A stretch of 64,000 nucleotides of DNA from Eledone cirrhosa. Lineage: Eukaryota. The stretch spans positions 195,486,001 through 195,550,000 of the forward strand of contig OZ024740.1 in NCBI GenBank assembly GCA_964016885.1, in the 5' to 3' direction. Shown here piece by piece: positions 51,484 through 62,270 of the stretch. Position 1 is the first letter of the stretch; the number at the start of each line of letters is the position of its first letter. Made by a program: the position numbers and the translations under genes. The notes below the pieces were generated by a model. The model was not told where the DNA came from, made no database searches, and was given only the letters and a program-made list of their open reading frames with translations.

Positions 51484-51871
51484 TGAGCCAGGCCCAGTTC
51501 ACAACTGTATACCTCATTACACAATGCTTCAAGTGAACTATAACCTCCTCCTTTCCTTACACCTGAGCCAGGCCCAGTTCACAACTGTATACCTCATTAC
51601 ACAATGCTTCAAGTGAACTATAACCTCCTCCTTTCCTTACACCTGAGCCAGGCCCAGTTCACAACTTTATACCTCATTACACAATGCTTCAAGTGAACTA
51701 TAACCTCCTCCTTTCCTTACGCCTGAGCCAGGCCCAGTTCACAACTGTATACCTCATTACACAATGCTTCAAGTGAACTATAACCTCCTCCTTTCCTTAC
51801 GCCTGAGCCAGGCCCAGTTCACAACTGTATACCTCATTACACAATGCTTCAAGTGAACTATAACCTCCTCC
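51484..51871. repeat. 80-bp tandem array, 4.85 near-identical units
   Basis: tgagccaggcccagttcac..ctttccttac(a/g)cc recurs at 51484, 51564, 51644, 51724 and 51804. Confidence 0.98.
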
Positions 51872-52191
51872 ATACATATATATATATATATATATATAAA
51901 ATTTGATATAGAAATAGCTTCTACAGGAATGTGATGTTTACACTCTACTAACGTATTGAGTACCTTATTTACTGTGGTTACTCCCGATTAAACCCAGGAC
52001 TTACACAAACACACACACATACATATATATATATAATCAGGATGGATTCAATTGGATACTGGTTAGACCATTACTGAACAGAGTACTTGATACTTGGGGT
52101 AGTAGAGTATGGTTATATTATAATGAGTTGGAACCGACGGCTGAGCTCTTGCCATTAGTTCCAGACTATATATATTATGAATATATATATA

Positions 52192-53502
52192 CAGGATGAG
52201 GACGATATTTGTTCGCAAGATTACTGTCTAGGAAAAAATAACAGAGTAGTTTTATTTTTTAAGATATATTTATCAAACTTGGGCCAGTTTGTCTGCATGA
52301 CTTGTTCTTTCGATCTCACTCGATAAACCCACCATTGGCTTTGATGATGACCTCAAGGCGGCCTCGGAACCGGCTACAGGCCTTCATCACTGTCTCCCGA
52401 CTTAGGCTCCTAAAGGCACTTGTGATCCTGGCTTTCAGATCGTCTTTCGTATTGCAGCTAGATCTGTTGGTGTCTCGTTCCACTACGCCTCATACAAAGA
52501 AGTCGAGGAGGTTGCAGTCAGGCGAGCTGGGAGGTCAGATGTCAGGTGAAGTGTGGTCGACGAAGTTCTCTGACAGCCAGGCTTGGGTCTTTCGGCTGGT
52601 ATGGCAGGGCACTGAGTCTTGCTGCCACACGTACGGCCTACCTGCAGCTACCTGGTCGATCCAGGGCTTTACTACCTCATTCAGAACGCGGATTTAGTCA
52701 TCAGTGTTCAGCTTGAGGCCCCCAGGGAAGAAGTGAGGTGGCATGATGTCACCTTGACTGCTGACGACACCTAAGACCAATGTTGTCGCTGGAAACTTTG
52801 TCTGCATGACTCTGGGCACGTCTTTGGATGAGACAGTGAGCCACCTGTTATTCTGGGAGTTGATCTTCTGGTCTTGGCAGAAGTTTTTCTCGTCGGAGAA
52901 AAACCATAGCATGTCTGGCTCCAGTGGGTGTTTCAACTTGTTGATCAGCTTCTTTGCATGATTCAGTCGCTTTTCTTGCATCGCCTTTGACAGAAATTGT
53001 CCTTTCCTCATCTTGTATGAAACATAGCGAATGTACTTCATGTACCACCAGCCTAATAAGCTTTTCATCCACGCCTTTCTCCCTTGCAATGGCACACATC
53101 AACTTGCTAGCTTCATTGCTGTTGATATCCTGAACTTCAGCAACGAACTCGGGCGTTCTGAAGGCGTCAGATCGTCGATTATGTGTTTTCCTCTCTGATG
53201 TTGATATGTAGTCGAATCCTGAATCTTCCAATTCCTTTATGACCTTTTCCACCATTCTCCTGCTGACGCTGAGAAAGTCTGAAATTTCCTTATTTGTCCT
53301 CCCGGCGCGGATTCCAAGAAGAACTCTGTGACTCTTCCACAAATTTGGAGGTTCAAAATTATTCATAATCAATTATTCTGAAAATAAATAATGGAAATAT
53401 AGTCACTGCTTAAATAATGGAAATATAGTCACTGCAAGAGTGACCAAGGAAGTAAAAAAAAATTGCATTTGAAAATTGCGAACAAATATCATCCACACCC
53501 TG
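52192..53502 (-). mobile_element. Full-length decayed DD37D (maT-family) Tc1/mariner transposon
   Basis: 27-bp TIRs (caggatgaggacgatatttgttcgcaa / ttgcgaacaaatatcatccacaccctg) and TA TSD. Transposase FSDEK..WQQD-x37-D(FF), interrupted by stops and a frameshift. Confidence 0.95.
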
Positions 53503-53929
53503 TATATTATATACATAATTTTTAGATACAAGGGTATATTGCAATAAAAGTTTTTTAAATAAATCTCAAAATAAAATTAAATACAAATAATAGTAACCCA
53601 CTTAATAGTTTTGAATAAAACTGAATAATAAAAATGTAATTTCGCCCACTAGAAATTTTTTTCCTTTATTCCTTGGAATTAGAAGATATTTAACAGAATT
53701 TTGTTTGATGCTTCTATTCATTTCACTGTAAAACAATTTATCTAAATTTTTACATTCTTTTCTTTTGTTTTTCTTTTTTCATGAAGCTCTATTTGATTTG
53801 AAAGATAGAGACATCACATAAGTTATTTATATTTTTCTCTTATATATTATTTAGTTAGTTTTATATATTTCTGAAAGTAAATAAATATATATAATATATA
53901 TATACACATGCACATATATATATATACAT

Positions 53930-53969
<40 letters not shown>

Positions 53970-54849
53970 CCATACACATTATATATATATATTAATGGAG
54001 AAAAAAATCCTTAAAAAGTAACACAACAGAGTCTAAATTCTTGATTTCCTTGGCATAAGAAAAAGTATACAAAAAATATTAAAAAAAATAATAAACAGTA
54101 ATATAATGAAATAAAATAAATAAATAATAATAAAACTAATGCATTTTTTCTGGAAAAGTTATTGCTTATAGAACAATTAATGAAAGAATTCTTAGAAATT
54201 TATTAAGTGTGTATATTAAATCATTCTTTGTGGCTATTTTCCTATATTTTTCTATTCACTGCAATAAATCTCTTCTAAGCTGCCTATGGTGTATTTTTTT
54301 CAAACTACAGTAAGTTTGTAAATGTGAGATCTAATATAATATTATATATATTGGATGTAGATATAACTGAGTAGTTTAGAGGTTCACTTCTTAATCATTG
54401 GGTTATGGCTTCAATTTCACTGAATGACATCTTGAGCAAATGTCTTTCCTAAGTTGACCAATAAGATGTAAGCAAAATTTGGTGGAAGGAAACTATATCG
54501 AAGCCTACTGTATATGTGTATGTGGCTGTGTGAGTGTGCATGTGCGTGTGTGTGTGTGTTTATCATTTATTTATTTGTAAGTTAGTTGTGCTGGACAAAA
54601 GCACCCAGTCCACTATGCAAAGAAGTCATACTGGAGCCATGACAAAAAGCATCCAGTCTATTCTGTAAAGTGGTCATGCTGGTGCCACAACAAAAAACAC
54701 CCAGTCAACCCAGCAAGGTGGTTGGCATTAGAAAGGGCATCCAGATATAGAAAACCAAACCTAAAGTGGATCATGATATGGTCAACTGACCTGTCTAACC
54801 CATGCAACCATGGAAAATAGATGTTAAATGATGATGGTTTGTGCATGCA

Positions 54850-54917
<68 letters not shown>

Positions 54918-55160
54918 TGTAAAGAAATAGTGCTGATGCCACAATGAAAATCAACAAGTCCACCTTGTAAGGTGGTAATGCCAGAGTCACAATAAAATGC
55001 TAGTATTATGAAAGGCATCCAGCCATAAAATTAAACCAAACCAGGGCAAACAAGTAGTACCTGACTAGTACCTGACTAGATCACCTGTCTAGTTTGGCCT
55101 CAGCACACATCAACCAGTCTAACTCATGAAAACATGAAAAATAAATGTTGATGATGATGA

Positions 55161-55760
55161 TGAGGTCTGTTGTAAAAGTATCTAACTTTAAACTGGTGGG
55201 GTTCAATTGCTAATCCCCTTTGGAATAGGCCCATTGTGCCATCACACACTTAGCCCATTGATACTTCTACTGATCAAACCAAGTCTAGAATGTTTTATTC
55301 AAGAATGGCTCTCAGCTCTACCATTGCAGTTCACATGATATCTGCTTAGCTTTCAAAGTTAGAACCCTTCAGTGACATTTTCATTTTGGGGGACAACCAG
55401 GAGCCAGAATGAGCCATGCCTAGAGAGTAAGGAACCTGGTAAATGACTGAAAAGCTTTTCTTTGCCAAGAAACCTTGGATTAGCTGTGATAAATGAGCTG
55501 GGGTATTGTTGTGATGTAGTTGCTAGTTTCTGAGGCCCACACATCCAGTCTCTTGTACCAAACTGCATCAAGATGTTGGAAAACTTCTTGGTAGTATTTT
55601 TTAATCACTGTTTGTCCTTCTAGTGTGTATTGATGATGTACAATGCCTTGGTACTCAAAAAAAAGAAAACAGTCAGCATTACCTTGATTTTAACCTAGAC
55701 ATGACATGCTTTTTGGGCGCCTTGGCAACATTGAATGCTTTCACTGTTTTGTCTAACGTT
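55161..55760 (-). mobile_element. Mariner transposase 3' remnant
   Basis: MAHSGSWLSPKMKMSLKGSNFES resembles DLAPSDFWLFPKLK..LKG.RFES; TIR-like gaggtctgttgtaaaagtatc at the end. Confidence 0.6.
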
Positions 55761-57226
55761 TGTTTTCTGGGTGCTAGTGGTATCAACCATAAGTTCCAAA
55801 ACCACGATAACCTCCATTGGTCGACTGATGAGAGGAGACTGTACTGTGTTTTGTCCATTGTCTTCCCCCACCATTTTTTATCTTAGCTATTCAAGACACT
55901 TTTTTCAAATTTATGTGTGTATACAGAGAGAGAAAGATTTCCCCTTCAAGAAACTAAAATCTTTAAATTTTCCAAACCTCACAAAAATCATTTTGAATTT
56001 ACTGACAAATGAAGTGTAAGAAACAACTTTGCAATGAATACTGCACAGACTGAATAGAAAATAAAATTGAAAAAATACATTTATAATCCATAATCTTGAA
56101 AATAAAGCAGCTTAATCAAACAGAAATATTAAAGCTAAAAATCCCACAATCTTCTTTGCAATATTTTCAAACCACATGTACCATGTATTATTTGTGTTTG
56201 AATTAAAAAAAAAAACTTCCAGAATGTTCCTACATTATATATTTTTTTCTAGTTTTCATTCAATATATATATATATATACACACACATATATATACACAT
56301 ACATACACACATATATACATACATAAGTAAAACTAGGGGGGAATTCTAACTCATAATAGAAACGAATTAAAATGTTAAATTTTTCCATGAAAAAGTTCAA
56401 TTTTTTTTGTTGTTGATATTTTTGTTACTTCTCTATACCTTATATAATGTTTAATAGGACACCAGATTCAAGAAACACAGATTTTTATCCTTTTTCTTTA
56501 TTAACAGGCACTCACATGGCTGAAGGTTAACGAATTTGCTTTACAACCAAGTGATTTGGGGTTCAGTCCAACTCCATTGAACTATAAACTGTTTTCTGTT
56601 ATAGCCTTGGGTCAACCAATTTGGTAGAGAGAACTGTGTGATAGCCCACTATGTGAGTGTGTGTATATGTGCACGTGTGCTAGCATGTGTGTGTGTGTAT
56701 GTATGTATGTATCATAAGATGTTAATGTTGGGTTTTAGATTGGTTCTTTGTTTTTGTTCTTTTACTGGTTTCAGTCATTAAACTGCAGCCATGCTGGAAC
56801 ACTGTCTTGATTTAGTCAATCATATCAATGCCAGCATTCATTTTTTTCAAGTTTTATTGCACACTTTTTTGGTGAATTGCTAAGTCATGAGACACAAACA
56901 TAAACATAGCCATGGACAAACACACACATGCAATGGGTTTCTACCGTTCCCATCTACCAAATTCCACTCACAAGGTATTATTGAACCTGCGGCTATAGTA
57001 AAATAAGACACTTGCCCAAGATGGAACACAGACTGAACTTGAAACTATATGGTTGCGAAGTGAACTCCTCAACCATGCAGTCATGACTGCACATATCATA
57101 GATATGAAAATAACAACAAACATTTATTGATGAGGTGACTTGATACATGAGGAATTGTATTTATAACCCATGCTAGCATGAAAAAATGGATGTAAAATGA
57201 TGATGATGATGGTGTATGTTATATGA

Positions 57227-57445
57227 GGGCAGTGGATTGGTAGTGTTGGTAGAGCATTGGACAACATGCTTTGCAGCATAGAGTTATAACCCTTTATGTT
57301 CCAAGTTCAAATCCCACCGAGGTTAGTTTTGCCTTTCATCCTTACAGGGGTCAATAAAATAAAGCACCAGTAATGCACTGGGGTTGATTTAATTAACATT
57401 CCCTTTCTCCTAAAAATTGTTGGCCTTGTGCCTAAATCAGAAGCC
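57227..57445 (+). mobile_element. SINE family 1, full length, diverged
   Basis: gggcagtggattggtagtgttggtagagc..aagttcaaatccc..tttgcctttcatcc..gtgcctaaa. Confidence 0.8.
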
Positions 57446-59619
57446 ATTATATGTTATATGTATTGTGGTTGACTCCACAAAACTTGAGTACCATTCAAGC
57501 AACATACATATAACGTGTGTGTGCATGTGTATACGTGTGCTTGTGTGTGTGTGTGTTTGTGCTTGTGTGTGCATGATTTTATGCTTACCATTGCTGTTTG
57601 TTGATGTAACATAACTTAGGGGTTCAACAAAGAGTTAGATAAAATAACTATGTACTTATGGACCTGTAACTCCTGATGGAATCATAATGGGAACCATTGT
57701 GACATAAGGCATGTCTTGGTTATCTTAAACCTGGTGAAGTTCACCCCTCTCTAGGTCTGAACACAGTCGATTTATTCCAAAGAAGGAAAAAATGAAGGAG
57801 AGGAGATATAATAGAAGAACTGACCCCAGTACTTGGCTGGTACCTCTTTTATAGACCTGAAAAGAATGAAAAGCAATGTTGACTCTGGCAAGATTTAAAC
57901 CCAGAGCACAGAGAGCTGAAACAAATATCACATAGCATTCTATCTGACTCTGCCAATTCACCGCCTGATAAAATGAGTACCAGACATGAAAAATAAGTAA
58001 TGGAGTCGATACGATCAACTAAAAACCCCCTTGAAGGCTGTGCCCCAGAATGGCTGCAGTTTAATGACAAACTAATAAAATAGAAGAACAAAAGAATGAA
58101 AGAATATACTGAACAATGATGACTGACCTGATGACCATCATTTTATGTATGTAGAGGTTGGTGGAATCGAATGATGGTAAATGAAACTGATAGTTGTTCT
58201 TCTCTAAGGACTAATGTTTCAATGAGATGAATAATTTATAGAACAGCAGCCAGACAACTCCCCTTCAATGGTGTTATTTCACTTTGATCTATCTTCTGTC
58301 AACAGCTATTCTAACTGTTATCTAGAATAAATCTGATCATAATACTGTATCATTTATCAATACTTTATATTCTCTATAGTCACCTTTTTGTCTTTTTTTT
58401 TCCACTCAACTCCACAACCAACACCACACATATCCAGCCCAGCTACTCTCTTGTCTGTGTTTGTCTATTCACTGTCCCCTTATATATATATATATATATA
58501 CACACACATACATACACACACATATACACATATATATATACACATGTACACATATATGTACACACATACACTTCAGCAAAAATATCAATGTACAATAAAA
58601 CCATTCAAGAAATGAACACTCACAAACACACAACAACAACAGCAACAACTACACAGCAAAACAAACACAAATCCTTACTTTTAAACCCAAAGACCACTTA
58701 GATAACATATATGGTGAAAAATAGGGTTGAACACTGACAACTGTTTCAACCTATGAAAAACTGAAACTAAACAGCCATCCATTCTACAGATACTTTAATA
58801 CATTGACAACATACCAGAATACTAACAAATATAACAGTCAGTCAGTCTTAATTACACCCGCTTCAGAGACCTCCATAGAATACTATACTAGTGTTTGTGT
58901 GACTGTAAATACATCAGTTTATCACAAGTAATTATTTTCCTGTAAGATGAATCGAACTCAGTGCTGCTTGTTAGCCAATATATAACATTGTCAATTTTAC
59001 AATACAGCTGCTGGTTACTAATATAACCTTGCTATATGTACTTAGAGCAAATTAAATTTGATTTTTGTGTGTAAAATGTTTGACCAAAAAAAAAATCTTT
59101 GCTGGGTTGAATGAAAAATAACCCTTTATCATGCACTATTCTAATCGTGAAAGACATGAACAGAGCTGGAAAATAATTAACCTTATCATCTCTGATGAGA
59201 TTCTTAACTCATTGAATGATAGAGAGACACTTCCAAATAAATCTAGGGTAAATAATTGTGTCTACTTTATGCACAAGGCCAGCAATTACCCAGTGCATTA
59301 CTGGTACTTTATTTTATCGACCCCGTAAAGATGAAAGGCAAAGTCAACCTCGGCGGGATTTGAGGTTGACTTTGCCTTTCAATCTAAGGTAAATAAAGGC
59401 TACAATACAATGCCAGTGGAAGGAAACTAACAACTGACCTCTCAGATAGTTTTCTGGTATATTATCTACTCAATTATTCATGTTCTATTAATTTTGGACT
59501 GAAGTCTGTGTATTCCTTCAGAGATGTTTAATGTGTGTATGTATATATGGCTATCTGCTTATTTGTCATGAAATCACTTAACCTTTAACTCAACAAAATA
59601 CTTCAGCAATGCTGGTATA

Positions 59620-59872
59620 GTCACTGCCTCCGTCTCTCTTGCTCTCCCCATCTCTCACTATTATAAGCAAATGAAAGCCCACATCCTGGCTGCCCCGCAG
59701 CCTCAGTGGACAGAATAGAGGAGGCATTTACCCTGAGGATGGTGAGGGAGATGCATTGGAAGAGCCATTCCAGCTCACAAGGATCACATCTGCATGTGGC
59801 CAACTCTATGCCGACGGTAGTGAGTAGAAAGGTAGTCCTAGGACCAATCATCTTAATAAATACCTTAACCAA
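59620..59872 (-). mobile_element. CRE-clade (restriction-like endonuclease) non-LTR retrotransposon C-terminal remnant
   Basis: IGPRT..LL..VG.EL....DP.E..WLFQCISLTILRVNASSIL matches the GDPRE..FLFQR.S.AIQRGNA.SIL pattern. Confidence 0.65.
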
Positions 59873-61719
59873 CTCATCTATGATAAATACCTTTCAATGG
59901 TTGACTTTTCCTAATCAACAGTATTTACCAATGAAGGTTTAACCATATAACACAGTGAGATCAAACCCAGTAGCTCATGACTTCAAAGTAAACTTCATAA
60001 TCACTCAGCCATGCCTGTGTCCTTATCTAGACAAACACAAACCACTTCCTACACACCAAATTGTCTCACTAATTCAAACCCTGTTGGATTACTGTATCAA
60101 CAATACCTGAAACCCAAAGGACTTATATCTTTTGTGATATTCATAACTAAATAAGTCATAAGCCCCATTCTCTTTACTGGATTGTTTCTAGAGTAACTCA
60201 GTTTAGCGGAACCTATCTTTCTCTAAGTTATTTTCACAAATAGAGTTGGAGACAGTTGCTTCTGACAGGACCCACTGAAAGGAGTTGTTTGAGGACTCTG
60301 CCCCCATGATCTTCCCAAGAAAAAAGAAAGAAAGAAAAAGAAAGAAAAGTGAAGAAAGAAAACGAAAGAAAACAAACGAAAGAAAGGGAAAGAAAGAAAA
60401 GGAAAGAAAGAAAGGGAAAGAAAAAAAGGAAAGAAAGAAAAAAAGAAAGAAGGAAGAAGGGTTATGATAATATTGTAAACCAACAAAGCACTCAACTGTG
60501 CTGCTTTATGAATTGTAAACTGCTCTCTACTGTACTACCTTTTTGTTGTTTAGCTAGCCAGAGATTAGATCACCTGAAACTGGGGCGAAGTAGCAGCAAG
60601 TTTTACAGAAATGAGTACTGGATCACCAGAAACCAGGTCCATTGCCAGGCTTTGGTGCTTGGGGTAGCTTCAGAACATTCTAGGTGGGCACTCTTTTAAT
60701 CAGCTTCTTTGGCAAACTTGTTTATTTATTTCTGTTTGTTCTTGTTTTGAGAAGAAAAGTTAGTCAAGATTTCAAAGAATTTATTCCAAGATGTTTTATA
60801 TAAATTCTTCTTTCCTTCCCCTACTTATTCCTGGGACGGTCGTGGGGGCAGAGTCCTCAAATAAACCTTCCAGCAGGTCCTTTCAGAAGCAACCATCTCT
60901 AATTGATCTGGCTGGATAACCAAACAAGACTTGAAATTATCCAACCATCTTGCTTAGGATCTATCCCTGCGCCTCCTGCCGATTGGTTTTGCCCATAAAA
61001 TCTATCCAGCGATTCTTTCCTGAGACATTCTAACTACATGCCTGTAATATCGGAGCTGTAATCTCTCAATTCAGAGAAGTAGTGGTTCTACCTGAAGTGA
61101 TTCATATTTATATAAACTCTTCTTCTTTGCTCACATATTCCTGAGATGGTCATGGTGGGCAGAGTCCTCAAACACTCCTTCCAGCAGATCCCATCAAAAG
61201 CAACCTTCTCCAACTGATCCGATTAGATCCACAAGCAAGACCAGCCAAATTATTTTCTAAATATGAGTATGCACCATTGAAAAGTATGAGGACAATACCA
61301 ACCACTGCTTTCTCCCATGGCAACAGGGCCACATTTGGAATGGAGTTAAGCAGAAGTACTAAAAAGTGATTAGAACACATTTACATGAGACTGCTAGAGG
61401 AAAAGAGATAGATGGCCTTATCACAACCACGACAACCATCATCATCATCATCAAAAGTATTAACATCTGGGATAATGACAAAGAATTGATGCTGTGAGAA
61501 TACTTGGAGACAAGAGCAAAAAAAAAATACACAGATTAATTACTGAGTAAATAATCATTAGTATTATAATTAAGAAAACCAATTATATAGAAGAATCTTC
61601 ACATCTGCAACTATATAGTGAAAGTAAAATAAATCTAATAAGCAAATGTATCAGAAATGCAGAGGAGGAAAAAAGTAGATTGACATAAATATGTGTGTTT
61701 GCATATGTATGTGTGTGTA

Positions 61720-61767
<48 letters not shown>

Positions 61768-61769
61768 AT

Positions 61770-62082
61770 TCACATGAATCAGAGTTCTGTTCAAACCTTT
61801 TATTAGCTTACAATTGTTTCATCCAAACCGAGGTTTGAAGTCTTCGGAGCAATTTTTCAATGATTGTTTACATACATGACCTCCTTTCCAAAACAAGATT
61901 ATAATGGATGTCACCCCACTGTGCATCGATATATACATATGTTTCTGTATGTCTCTTGTGTTGGAAAGGAGGTCATATATGTAAACAATCATTGAAAAAT
62001 TGCTCCGAAGACTCCAAACATCGGTTTGGACGAAATAATTGTAAGCTAATAAATGGTTTGAACAGAACTTTGATTCATGTGA
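61770..62082. mobile_element. Fold-back PLE pseudo-LTR remnant: ~129-bp inverted arms (61770-61898 / 61954-62082), each with a CC-core hammerhead
   Basis: Arms are reverse complements. Hammerheads at 61804-61852 (-) and 62000-62048 (+): ttgct CCGAAGA c tccaaac atcg gtttgga c GAAA (c/t)aattg TA agcta, with AATAAA overlapping the end. Confidence 0.8.
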
Positions 62083-62270
62083 TTTCTATATAACTGCTCT
62101 GTAGAACAACTGATGTTATTACATTGAGCTATTTATCTTACTGGTAATAAGGTAGTAATAAATTACTGCCTTTCACTGTTTAGGGTTTAAAATATATATA
62201 ACTGGGCATCCAACCAGTGTATCAATGCCAAAAAGCTTATCAGCACAGCAACAAAACAGCATAGAAAAAT

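Noticed and set aside
51484-51871. CRISPR-like array
   Set aside because: Units are contiguous and identical with no variable spacers; no cas genes; eukaryotic context.
58125-58198. Hammerhead-like CTGATGA..GAAA with 8-bp stem II
   Set aside because: Stem I is only 3 bp and there are 5 extra nt before GAAA; too weak to call.
62090-62270. Twister or HDV-like ribozyme in the RTE 5' UTR
   Set aside because: Only a simple hairpin (aaggtagtaat/attactgcctt) is evident; the pseudoknot pairings could not be assigned.
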